Part shown: one piece after another, positions 1-7,559 of the stretch
How positions within the stretch are numbered: position 1 is the first letter of the stretch
Layout: every line of letters begins with the position of its first letter
Source of the DNA: Pyrobaculum calidifontis JCM 11548
GTDB taxonomy: Archaea > Thermoproteota > Thermoprotei > Thermoproteales > Thermoproteaceae
NCBI RefSeq assembly: GCF_000015805.1
Contig: NC_009073.1
Location: 750,001 to 782,000, forward strand
Direction: 5' to 3'
DNA length: 32,000 nt
Program-made: the position numbers and the translations under genes
The notes under the pieces: model-generated
What the model was told of the DNA's origin: nothing
The model's database searches: none
What the model saw: the letters and a program-made list of their open reading frames with translations, nothing else

Positions 1-275
1 TGCATCCCCGAAGAACAGACCCTGTTCACCGTATATGCGCTCACCTCCACCGGCAGGCCAGCCAACAGAGCGGCGTACCTCGCCAAGTTTTGACCCATGC
101 CCCCCTGGAGGGTGGAGCCAAACACCACTTCGTCCACCTCCTTTCCCGAGAGCCCCGTCCTTTCCAGCAACTTCTTTATGACAAAGGCGGCTAGGTGGGG
201 AGTCTTCACGTCCTTGAGGGCGCCTCCAAACTTTCCAATGGGCGTCCTAACGAAGCCCGCAATAACTATCCCCAT
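1..275 (-). CDS. acetyl-CoA C-acetyltransferase (thiolase), N-terminal 91 codons; gene continues past the left edge
   Basis: Absent from the ORF track (no stop in window). Minus-strand translation from ATG 275-273 reads MGIVIAGFVRTPIGKFGGALKDVKTPHLAAFVIKKLLERTGLSGKEVDEVVFGSTLQGGMGQNLARYAALLAGLPVEVSAYTVNRVCSSGM. This is the canonical thiolase N-terminus with the NRVCSSG nucleophile-Cys motif. A TATA-like CTTATTAA (minus strand, 295-302) is centred ~23 nt upstream. Track ORF 97..291(+) is its antisense shadow. Confidence 0.85.
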   Translation of the reverse strand, partial: MGIVIAGFVRTPIGKFGGALKDVKTPHLAAFVIKKLLERTGLSGKEVDEVVFGSTLQGGMGQNLARYAALLAGLPVEVSAYTVNRVCSSGM

Positions 276-320
276 GGCCCAGCGGGCCTGAGGGTTAATA
301 AGCCTTGTCGCTAATGTTAA

Positions 321-1391
321 TTACCTAATTCGCTTGCCATCTCTAAAGAGCTTCACCCCCTCCGGCTTCAGAAACACCTTGACTGTGCCGCCCTCTGCGG
401 CCTTGCCATAGGCCACGGCTCTGAGCTCCGTTTTGCCCCACGTCACAACGGCGATGGGGGTAAAGCCTAGGTATTCCACGAGCTTCACGCGTGCTGGCGG
501 TAGCGCGACGTCGTTAGGCGACAGGGGGGCCTCGGCCACGTACACGTCTGTGGGCCTTATGCCAACTTGCAACTTCCCCTCCGGCGCCTTCACGGGGATC
601 TTTAAGTCTCCCAAGTCGACGTACTCGCCCCTCCCCTCCCCCTCCACCACGTTTATGGGAGGGTCGCCGAAGAACTGTGCCACGAAGAGGTTCGCCGGGT
701 TGTTGAGAACCTCGTCTGTGGTGCCTATCTGCTGCACCTCGCCGTTGTTTATCACCATGAGGCGATCCGCCAAGGCGTAGGCGTCGTGCTGGTCGTGGGT
801 AACAAGGATAGTGGTAATTTTCAACTTCCTCTGAAGCCCTTTCACAAACTCTCTGGCAGAAATCCGCAGCCTTGCGTCTAGGTTAGAGAAGGGCTCGTCC
901 ATGAGCAAGACCTGTGGCTCTTTGACCAACGCCCTGGCTATGGCGACTCTCTGCTGTTGCCCTCCAGAGAGTTGCCTAGGGTACCTGTCCAGGAGGTGGG
1001 CTATCTCAAGCGCCTCGGCTACCTCCTTAACCCTCCGCTGAATCTCGTGGCGGGGCAACTTCTTGATCTTAAGCGGGAAGGCTATGTTGTCAAATACCTT
1101 CATGTGCGGGTAGAGCGCCCAGTTTTGAAACACCATGCCCACGTTCCTCTTGGCAGGCGGCACGAAAACCCCCTTCTCCACGTCTACCACGGGCTCGTCT
1201 CCAAAGAGGATGCGGCCCTTAGTCGGCGTCTCAAGCCCAGCAATACACCTTATGAAGGTCGTTTTGCCAGAGCCAGAGGGCCCCAAAACCACTAGGAACT
1301 CCCCATCCCTAATCTCCACAGACACGTCCCTCAGCGCGTATGTGTTAGGAGGAAAGACTTTCTCAAGCCTCTCCACCAGTACAGAAACCAC
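321..1391 (-). CDS. ABC transporter ATP-binding protein, MalK/UgpC (CUT1 sugar-importer) type
   Basis: 356 aa with Walker A GPSGSGKTT, signature LSGGQQQRV, Walker B LLMDEP and H-loop VTHD, plus a C-terminal regulatory (TOBE-like) domain. GTG start at 1391, ~25 nt from the shared A/T box at 1408-1424. Confidence 0.9.
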   Translation of the reverse strand: MVSVLVERLEKVFPPNTYALRDVSVEIRDGEFLVVLGPSGSGKTTFIRCIAGLETPTKGRILFGDEPVVDVEKGVFVPPAKRNVGMVFQNWALYPHMKVFDNIAFPLKIKKLPRHEIQRRVKEVAEALEIAHLLDRYPRQLSGGQQQRVAIARALVKEPQVLLMDEPFSNLDARLRISAREFVKGLQRKLKITTILVTHDQHDAYALADRLMVINNGEVQQIGTTDEVLNNPANLFVAQFFGDPPINVVEGEGRGEYVDLGDLKIPVKAPEGKLQVGIRPTDVYVAEAPLSPNDVALPPARVKLVEYLGFTPIAVVTWGKTELRAVAYGKAAEGGTVKVFLKPEGVKLFRDGKRIR

Positions 1392-1407
1392 AGTACCCTG
1401 TACAAAG

Positions 1408-1424
1408 AGATTTTAAAGATATAT
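1408..1424. promoter_or_regulatory. shared A/T box (GATTTTAAAGATATATC) for divergent leaderless genes
   Basis: GTG 1391 (minus) and GTG 1436 (plus) lie ~22-27 nt on either side. Confidence 0.6.
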
Positions 1425-1435
1425 CTCGCTCCAGA

Positions 1436-2566
1436 GTGTGGCTCAGCGACGTGGCCAAGGCGGCCGAGATCATACGCCGGGGAGGCTTTAAGGCTATTAC
1501 GCACGGCGGAGTTGCCCACGCCGATGATACAATAGCCGCGGCTCTGCTCCACAGGGCAGGCGCCGAGGCCATATACCGGCTAAACGAGGCGGAGGAGGCG
1601 CTGGCGGTCGAAGGCGACGTGATGCTCTTCGACATCGGCGACTCCTTCGCGGCAAGACTGCCACAGCGGTTCGTGGTGCTGGACCACCACGGAGTCGGAG
1701 ACCCAGCGGAGGAGCCGTCCTCCGTGGTTCAAGTGGCCCTGGCGGTGGGGGCAAGGGCCGGCCCCCTGGTGCAGACCCTGATAAATTTCGTCGACCTCTT
1801 CGACCGCTTTGGACCATCCGCCAAGAGGTGGGCGGGGCCCTACGGAAACTCGTTGAACAACGGCCTCGCCAAGTACTTCGGCGACGCTACGCCGAAGGGG
1901 CTGGTCAAAGAGGAGAAGTTCCTCTCGCTGGTGGCAGACGCCTTTTACTCCACGCTGGACGTAGACCTCACGGCGTTTGGAGAGGCGTTCAGAGTGGCCG
2001 AGAAGCTAAAGGCGGCTGACTTGGCCGAGCGCTTCCCGCGCACCTTCCACCTCCTCCGCCTAATGCTCCAAGCCGCACGCGACCCCCTCCCCACGTCTAT
2101 GTCCAAGGAGGCGCTTGAGACGGGGTTCGGCATCGACTTTGGCTCATATGCTCTACTGGCGGTGCCAGAGCTAGAGCCCTACATAGTGAGGGGGCTTGAG
2201 AGCCACTTCTCTGAGGCTAGGCGGGCGGCAGAGACGGCAGAGAGGGGCCGCTACACGGTAGTGAAGGGGCCCATGACCGCGGTGGCTGTGGAAGACCACG
2301 TACCCCCCGGCCCGCTGTACAACGCGCTTTTAGACCTCGGCGTGTTGAACGGCCCCGCCTTCATAGTGGTAAAGGACAGGAGGAACCCCGGCGCCTACAC
2401 GCTCTGGCGTCCCGACAAATTTGCAAAAGAGATAGACTTCAGGCGGCTGGAGGGGGACAGAGTCGTGTTTAAACACGCCTCGGGCTTTTTGGCCGTGGTC
2501 AAGGCCGAGAGCGCAGAGGAGGCGGCAAAGTACGCAATGTCCATATGGACATCTTCGACGACTTAG
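1436..2566 (+). CDS. MYG1/UPF0160-like metal-dependent phosphoesterase (DHH superfamily), tentative
   Basis: 376 aa. The N-terminal ITHGGVAHADDTIAAALLHR matches the MYG1 pattern THxGxxHxDE..A..LL.R. It is followed by LFDIGD...RFVVLDHHG (DHH motif). GTG start ~22 nt downstream of TTTTAAAG (1411-1418). Family call is from motif memory only. Confidence 0.5.
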   Translation: MWLSDVAKAAEIIRRGGFKAITHGGVAHADDTIAAALLHRAGAEAIYRLNEAEEALAVEGDVMLFDIGDSFAARLPQRFVVLDHHGVGDPAEEPSSVVQVALAVGARAGPLVQTLINFVDLFDRFGPSAKRWAGPYGNSLNNGLAKYFGDATPKGLVKEEKFLSLVADAFYSTLDVDLTAFGEAFRVAEKLKAADLAERFPRTFHLLRLMLQAARDPLPTSMSKEALETGFGIDFGSYALLAVPELEPYIVRGLESHFSEARRAAETAERGRYTVVKGPMTAVAVEDHVPPGPLYNALLDLGVLNGPAFIVVKDRRNPGAYTLWRPDKFAKEIDFRRLEGDRVVFKHASGFLAVVKAESAEEAAKYAMSIWTSSTT

Positions 2567-2995
2567 AACACTCCGACTTGGGAGGCGCCGCGTTAGATGT
2601 CGGCGCTGGGTGGGGAAGCACTACGCGCTATTTGCTCTCCCGGGGGGTTGAGAGTATGCGCCGTGGACATTGACCCAGGCGCGGTTATTTATCTAAAAAA
2701 GGCGCTTAGAGAATTTGTCGAGCTGGGACTGCTCGACGTGCGGCTGGGGGCCGCCGAGGCGCTCCCCTACGGCGACAAGGAGTGCGACTCCGCCGTGTCT
2801 GTAGCCGCGTTGCACCACTTTAGGGACATCTATGCTGCCTTGAGAGAAATGGCCAGAGTCACCAGAAGAGTCGTCGTTGTGTACGACTGGACTCCAAACG
2901 CAAGCGGCGTGACAAACCCCCACAGCGCCGAGGAGCTTAGGAGAAAGATGGGGGCCGACCTCGCCGCGGCGAAGTCGCTCGGCTACGCGGTCTAA
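2545..2995 (+). pseudogene. class I SAM-dependent methyltransferase interrupted by a +1 frameshift in a G6 homopolymer
   Basis: Frame 1, ATG 2545, reads MDIFDDLEHSDLGGAALDVGAGWGSTTRYLLSRG.. (motif I LDVGAGWG) and stops at 2671-2673. Track ORF 2597..2995 (frame 2) carries the remainder: LRVCAVDIDPGAV (post-I), SAVSVAALHHF, RVTRRVVVVYDW. The frames join cleanly if one G of the run at 2642-2647 is skipped (..YLLSRG|LRVCAVDID..). Confidence 0.75.
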
Positions 2996-3052
2996 TAAAA
3001 CGCCTGTGGTACCGGCTAAGCAAAATATATTAAGAGAGGTGCAGGGCTGGGC

Positions 3053-4102
3053 ATGCGGCTAGTTGTCCTTCTCACACTGGCGGCCTTCCTTGTACTCGCG
3101 GTTGGCCCCATAAGGCTGGAAGTCCAAAGCGTGCTCGTATCGCCAGTCAACACCACGTTGATTGTGGACTACGTGAAAGCGGCTAAAAAAGCCGTCTACA
3201 TGGAGGTGTATGTCTTCACGTATAAGCCCTTGGCAGACGCCCTCGCCTCCGCGGCCAAGAGGGGTGTTGACGTAGTCGTCGTATTGTCGGCCCGAGTTTA
3301 CGGCGGAGTGCCACAGTCGGCAAAGGAGATAGCCAGCTACCTAGAGGCCAACGGGGTGAAGGTGAAGTGGAACAGCGACTTCCCCAATGTACATACAAAG
3401 CTCTACGTAATTGACAACGAGACTGTGATCATTGGCAACATTAACCCCACTGCGTCCGGTTTTACAAAGAACAAGGGCATTATGCTCGTGATAAAAAACG
3501 CCACATTGGCGCGTCAATTGGCCACAATTGTCTTAAACGACTACCGCGGCGTCTACCCACGGTACAATTACCCAGGCGTCTTAGTCTCGCCGATAAACTC
3601 CCAAGACGGCCTCCTGTGGATTCTCTCACAGCCCGGCGTCAGATACATAGCCATGGAACAGATCTACGTCGACTCCGGCCTCGTCCCCTACATAGTCAAC
3701 GGGCCTTACTACGCGGTCGTGGCTAGGACAGACGCCGACATAAACACCGCCGTAGATGAAGACCTCGTGGCTAAGATAATCGTGGTGGGGAACTACGTGT
3801 ATGTGGGCTCTATAAACATCGGCTACTACTCCATCCAGAGGAACCGCGAGGTAGGGCTACTTATAGAAAACCCGGGGCTGGCCCAGAGACTAAAAACGCT
3901 GGTCATGAAGTGGTACCAGGAGGCTGGGGGCAAGGTAGAAACGACGACAGAGGCCTCGACCGCCACAGCGCCTCCCTCTACGTCTACTACTCCTAAGGCG
4001 CAAAACGCCGGGAGGAGCTACTCGCTGGACGTATTGATATGGCTGGCGATAATAATAATCGCAATTCTCTTCGTCATTTGGGCCAACAGGAGGAGGCCCT
4101 AG
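3053..4102 (+). CDS. phospholipase D-family (HKD) protein, secreted/membrane-anchored
   Basis: 349 aa with an N-terminal hydrophobic signal/anchor (LVVLLTLAAFLVLAV). One canonical HKD motif, HTKLYVIDNETVIIGNIN. A second, degenerate copy, AKIIVVGNYVYVGSINIG. A Ser/Thr/Pro-rich linker (TTTEASTATAPPSTSTTPK) and a C-terminal TM helix with an RRRP tail. Confidence 0.75.
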   Translation: MRLVVLLTLAAFLVLAVGPIRLEVQSVLVSPVNTTLIVDYVKAAKKAVYMEVYVFTYKPLADALASAAKRGVDVVVVLSARVYGGVPQSAKEIASYLEANGVKVKWNSDFPNVHTKLYVIDNETVIIGNINPTASGFTKNKGIMLVIKNATLARQLATIVLNDYRGVYPRYNYPGVLVSPINSQDGLLWILSQPGVRYIAMEQIYVDSGLVPYIVNGPYYAVVARTDADINTAVDEDLVAKIIVVGNYVYVGSINIGYYSIQRNREVGLLIENPGLAQRLKTLVMKWYQEAGGKVETTTEASTATAPPSTSTTPKAQNAGRSYSLDVLIWLAIIIIAILFVIWANRRRP

Positions 4103-4779
4103 GCTAGGGCCTCTGGGGTAGAGGTGCCCAGCCTCACTCTGGCAGGGTCTTCTCCGAATCCAATGGCCTCAACTATCGCCCTCGCCTGCTCCTTGGTCCT
4201 AATGCCCCCGGCCATCTTCACGCCGAGCTTGTACCCACGCTCTTTCACGTATCTGGCAATGGCGGCCGCCCTCTCGGGCGTTGAAGCCACGGGGTTACCC
4301 AGCTTCGCGGCGTAGGCCTCCTCGGCGAAGCCCGTCGAGCTCTTGATGAAGTGCGCCCCTGCCTCGGCAACTATGTCGTACAGGGTGTACCTCTCCTCAT
4401 CCGTCAAATAGGGCTCCTCCACTATCACCTTCACTACCCGGCCCCCAGCCGCGCCCACGACGCTAATCAAGTCCCGCCTAACCTCCCTCCAAGCCTTAGA
4501 TTTCACAAGGCCTATGGGCGCCACGACGTCGAGCTCCTCCGCCACCTCGGCGAGCTTAGAAACTAGGCCCGCCCGGGCCCAAGTGGGCAAGGCGCCAAAC
4601 GGGAAGTCTACAACTACACAGAGCTTAACCCTCTTTAACAAGGGCTTCACGTAGGCGGCATAGGCGGGGTTTACACAATACGCGGCGACGCCCAGCCGCT
4701 CGGCCTTTTCCGCGCCTTTGACCACTTCCTCGATTGAGAGATACGGCTTTAGGAGGGCGAAGTCTACCAAGTGTAGCAT
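4099..4779 (-). CDS. deoC: deoxyribose-phosphate aldolase
   Basis: DERA hallmarks: VKVIVEEPYLTDEE, Schiff-base lysine context FIKSSTGF, and VKMAGGIRT. The track start (TTG 4788) is probably too long. ATG 4779 lies ~23 nt from the A/T box at 4793-4817. Confidence 0.85.
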   Translation of the reverse strand: MLHLVDFALLKPYLSIEEVVKGAEKAERLGVAAYCVNPAYAAYVKPLLKRVKLCVVVDFPFGALPTWARAGLVSKLAEVAEELDVVAPIGLVKSKAWREVRRDLISVVGAAGGRVVKVIVEEPYLTDEERYTLYDIVAEAGAHFIKSSTGFAEEAYAAKLGNPVASTPERAAAIARYVKERGYKLGVKMAGGIRTKEQARAIVEAIGFGEDPARVRLGTSTPEALA

Positions 4780-4792
4780 GTGGGACAACCCC

Positions 4793-4817
4793 TAAAAGTT
4801 AAAAAACGTATCTATAG
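4793..4817. promoter_or_regulatory. shared A/T box between deoC and acyP
   Basis: The box is TAAAAGTTAAAAAACGTATCTATAG. ATG 4779 (minus) and GTG 4825 (plus) are each ~22-23 nt from its A-rich core. Confidence 0.55.
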
Positions 4818-4824
4818 CCAAGAC

Positions 4825-5112
4825 GTGGAGCTGGTGAGAGCGCATATATTTGTCAGAGGGAAGGTACAGGGAGTCTTCTTTAGACAGTCCATGAAAGATG
4901 TAGCAAATAAGTACGGGGTCAAAGGCTGGGTTCGGAACCGGCGTGATGGGAGGACCGTGGAGGCTGTGCTGGAGGGGCCCAAAGACGCCGTGTTAAAGGT
5001 TATTGAGTGGGCGCGCGTCGGCCCGCCCGGGGCCAGAGTTGAAGACCTCGAGGTCAAGTGGGAAGAGTACAAGGGGGAGTTCAACGACTTTTCTATCTTG
5101 CCCACTGAGTAG
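4825..5112 (+). CDS. acyP: acylphosphatase
   Basis: VRGKVQGVFFRQSMKDVANKYGVKGWVRNRRDGRTVEAVLEG is the acylphosphatase signature. GTG 4825 gives ~95 aa (typical size), sits ~22 nt after the A/T box, and avoids overlap with deoC. The track start at 4780 is less likely. Confidence 0.9.
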   Translation: MELVRAHIFVRGKVQGVFFRQSMKDVANKYGVKGWVRNRRDGRTVEAVLEGPKDAVLKVIEWARVGPPGARVEDLEVKWEEYKGEFNDFSILPTE

Positions 5113-5446
5113 AGGCGGGGAATAGGGCCTGCGAAATTACGTCTGCACATTTGACGCACTTAACCGCATCGGGGTCGTGAAGTCTCCGCTCTAGGCAGTA
5201 GGCACATTCTAAGACACCCTCAGCGGGGTTGCCCACAACTTTCTTGACGAGAGAGGGCAACGCGGTTAGTAGGGGAAGTGGGGCGTAGGGGTCATAGCCC
5301 TGTAGGCCCATTAACAGCGCTCTGACTGCCACGTATGCGTTGTAGCAAGCCCACTGGGCATCTCCCCTTTCAGCCCCCCTGAGCGCCTCTTCCATGTGTC
5401 TCACATGTCTTTCAAGCCACTTGGGATGTACGGGGGGCATCGGCAC
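5093..5446 (-). CDS. small helical protein, HEPN/KNTase_C-like N-terminal half (tentative) with C-terminal CxxC-x12-CxxC motif
   Basis: 117 aa. WLERHVRHMEEALRGAERGDAQWACYNAYVAVRALLMGLQG resembles the first helices of HEPN-domain proteins. The C-terminus ECAYCLERRLHDPDAVKCVKC has four Cys in zinc-knuckle spacing. It has its own TATA (AATATAAATAA on the minus strand, ~5463-5473) 20-25 nt upstream of GTG 5446 / ATG 5440. Confidence 0.55.
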   Translation of the reverse strand: MPMPPVHPKWLERHVRHMEEALRGAERGDAQWACYNAYVAVRALLMGLQGYDPYAPLPLLTALPSLVKKVVGNPAEGVLECAYCLERRLHDPDAVKCVKCADVISQALFPASTQWAR

Positions 5447-5464
5447 TTTCCGAAATTGCGTTAT

Positions 5465-6655
5465 TTATATTGTGTTCAGCGGTGTCAACACAGCTTTGTC
5501 CTTTTGTGGGTGCGCGTGATATATGGCTGTCTTCTCCATGCCAACGTCCTTGGCGAGGATGCGGGCTGTCTCTTCGCTGTGTGTTGTTATGAGGACGTAT
5601 TTTCCCCTCTTGGCGGCGGTTGCTATTATTCTAAGGAGGGCCAGCTGTGCCCCTGGGTGGAGGCGGGCCTCTGGCTCTTCGAGCACTACGAGGAGGGGGT
5701 CTGCCTCCGAGGCCAGGGCTAGGGCCGCTACGATAGACTCGCGGAGCCCCGAGGGCGCTTGTTGGAGGCGGAGGCGCTTGCCGGTCCAAGTTCTGATGTG
5801 TACTGTGTATAGCCCGCCCTCCTGCACTAGCTCTAACGAGGCGCCGAGCTCCGCCAAGAGGGGTTCCACGAGCCTCATGTCTACGCGCCCCCTGTATGCG
5901 TACTCGGCGAGGCGGTAGAAGAGGCCGGCGTACTGCTCGTCCACCCGCGACACCTCCTTGGACATAGTCACGGGCAACGACAGCCTCAGAAGCGCCCTAG
6001 AAAGCCCTGCCCTGCCGTCGGGAAACGCCGCGGCGCTGGCGGAGAAGAGGAGGGGGCCAAAGGCTGCGCGTATATACGCCGCTATTATGCACGCGATGAC
6101 TTTTGCAACGTCGTAGGCCGTGGAGACCGGCTGAATCTTCTCCTCACAGGGCACCCTCAAAACCCCCGGCTTGAGAGTCTCAAACCGCAGTCCTTCTAGA
6201 AACTGCGCATAGGGGGCGTGGAACACCTCCACTCTCTTCTCAGTGACCACGACCTCAGCGGCCGAGTTGGCCCCTTTAACGGAGATGTACGCCTTGTCTG
6301 TCCCCCTCCTAATTAAGTCAAATAGGTCGGCGAGGTATATCTTCCGCAACGCCTCTTCCAAGGCCACGGCCAGGGCCTTGGGCAAGGCATCTATGTACCT
6401 CTTGACAATTTTCACAAGTCTCTCATGGGCATCCGCCCCCGACTTAACCATCTCCACCACGTCTTCCACGTCGTCAGCCGTGGCCGCCTCAAGCTCTCTA
6501 TTCCTCCTAAAGTTAGGCGTTGTGGCAGCCAAGGCCCAGATTAAATATGCCAAGGTGGACTTGCCCACGTTGTTCTTGCCCACGATAATGGTCAAAGGCT
6601 TGAGCTCAACTTCCACGTGTTCAAACGGGCCAAAATTCCTCACGGCAACAAACAT
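5465..6655 (-). CDS. stand-alone ABC/SMC-like ATPase (AAA_21/AAA_15-type, split by a large helical insert)
   Basis: 396 aa. Walker A at the extreme N-terminus (IIVGKNNVGKST), a ~250-aa insert, signature-like APSGLRES, Walker B LLVVLEEPEARLHP and H-loop LITTHS. No fused TOPRIM/HNH or other effector domain. The TATA GCTTTTTAAAAGG (minus strand) is embedded in the 3' end of the upstream azlCD gene, ~24 nt before ATG 6655. Confidence 0.8.
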   Translation of the reverse strand: MFVAVRNFGPFEHVEVELKPLTIIVGKNNVGKSTLAYLIWALAATTPNFRRNRELEAATADDVEDVVEMVKSGADAHERLVKIVKRYIDALPKALAVALEEALRKIYLADLFDLIRRGTDKAYISVKGANSAAEVVVTEKRVEVFHAPYAQFLEGLRFETLKPGVLRVPCEEKIQPVSTAYDVAKVIACIIAAYIRAAFGPLLFSASAAAFPDGRAGLSRALLRLSLPVTMSKEVSRVDEQYAGLFYRLAEYAYRGRVDMRLVEPLLAELGASLELVQEGGLYTVHIRTWTGKRLRLQQAPSGLRESIVAALALASEADPLLVVLEEPEARLHPGAQLALLRIIATAAKRGKYVLITTHSEETARILAKDVGMEKTAIYHAHPQKDKAVLTPLNTI

Positions 6656-6674
6656 ATCTAGAGTAATGCCCCTT

Positions 6675-7559
6675 TTAAAAAGCAGTAAGGCTCATGAGAA
6701 GCGCCACGAGGGATGATAGGACAACGGCCGCCTCCACCCTGGCTCCACGCCACAGCGCCAATGACGCAGAGACGACAACGACGAGAGTCGACACGGGTTC
6801 CGCCACAAGGGCTGAGGCCAGGGATTTAAAGCCCAGTGCTATGAGTATAGCGCGAGCCGCCTTTGCCCCGCCGCCAAGCCTCAAGTAGAATCCCGACAGG
6901 CGGAATAAGTACGTGGCTAAGGCCACGGCGGCCACTGCGGCGTCCATGCCCAGTCCGTATGCTACGCGGGCTGGGGCCGCTAGGGAGAGCAACCAGAGCG
7001 CCACGAACACTGTCACTGCCCAAGCCACGGTGCTTACATTTGCCACAGACTTCAGAGGACGTAGCGAGACGGCTAGGAGGAGGACTCCCAGCACGGCGTC
7101 GGCGTTCAACTTGGGAACAAAAAGTCCCAGCGTTGCCCCAGCCGCTGTGCCCAAGACCCAAGCTGCATAGGCCACTGTCTCTACCCCTAAGACGCGGCAA
7201 GGGTCTGCGGCACCGTGCGCAATGGCAAAGACCTCGTCCGTAAGCCCAAGCGCCAAGAGGGGCCTCAGCCTCTTAGCCGCCATCGCCGAGCCGTAGGCCA
7301 AGTGCCTCAAATTCACGGCAATTGCAAGCAAGGCGCCAAAGACGGGGGCGTCTTTTAAGCCGAGTAAAATAAATTGTGCTGCTCCTGCGAAAATAAACGC
7401 GCTTGAAACCACGGCCAAAAGGGCTGGGAGGCCAGCCGCCGTCCACGTCGCCCCAAAGATTACGGACACCGAGAAATACGGCAGGAGTAGAGACAAGCCA
7501 GCGGCAACGCCCCCCTTAAACTCTTTCAAACAGGAGGACATAGGTGCCTCCGTCTCCAT
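6675..7559 (-). CDS. azlC: AzlC-AzlD fusion, branched-chain amino acid (azaleucine-resistance type) exporter
   Basis: Polytopic membrane protein. The AzlC-type core carries SSAFIFAGAAQF, and the C-terminal ~100 aa are AzlD-like. Start is uncertain (7613, 7559 or 7541), and all three overlap the end of the upstream gene. Confidence 0.7.
   Translation of the reverse strand: METEAPMSSCLKEFKGGVAAGLSLLLPYFSVSVIFGATWTAAGLPALLAVVSSAFIFAGAAQFILLGLKDAPVFGALLAIAVNLRHLAYGSAMAAKRLRPLLALGLTDEVFAIAHGAADPCRVLGVETVAYAAWVLGTAAGATLGLFVPKLNADAVLGVLLLAVSLRPLKSVANVSTVAWAVTVFVALWLLSLAAPARVAYGLGMDAAVAAVALATYLFRLSGFYLRLGGGAKAARAILIALGFKSLASALVAEPVSTLVVVVSASLALWRGARVEAAVVLSSLVALLMSLTAF

Noticed and set aside
1497-1817. 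A 106-aa Arg/Pro-rich minus-strand ORF inside the MYG1-like gene
   Set aside because: The composition (RRRGRR, PPPP) is typical of GC-rich antisense frames. It is fully nested in a gene with recognisable motifs.
6826-7243. Several 85-126-aa ORFs on both strands within azlCD, and a 182-aa ORF 9814..10362(+) inside nadE
   Set aside because: All are nested in genes with clear family signatures and have Arg/Pro/Ser-rich shadow composition.
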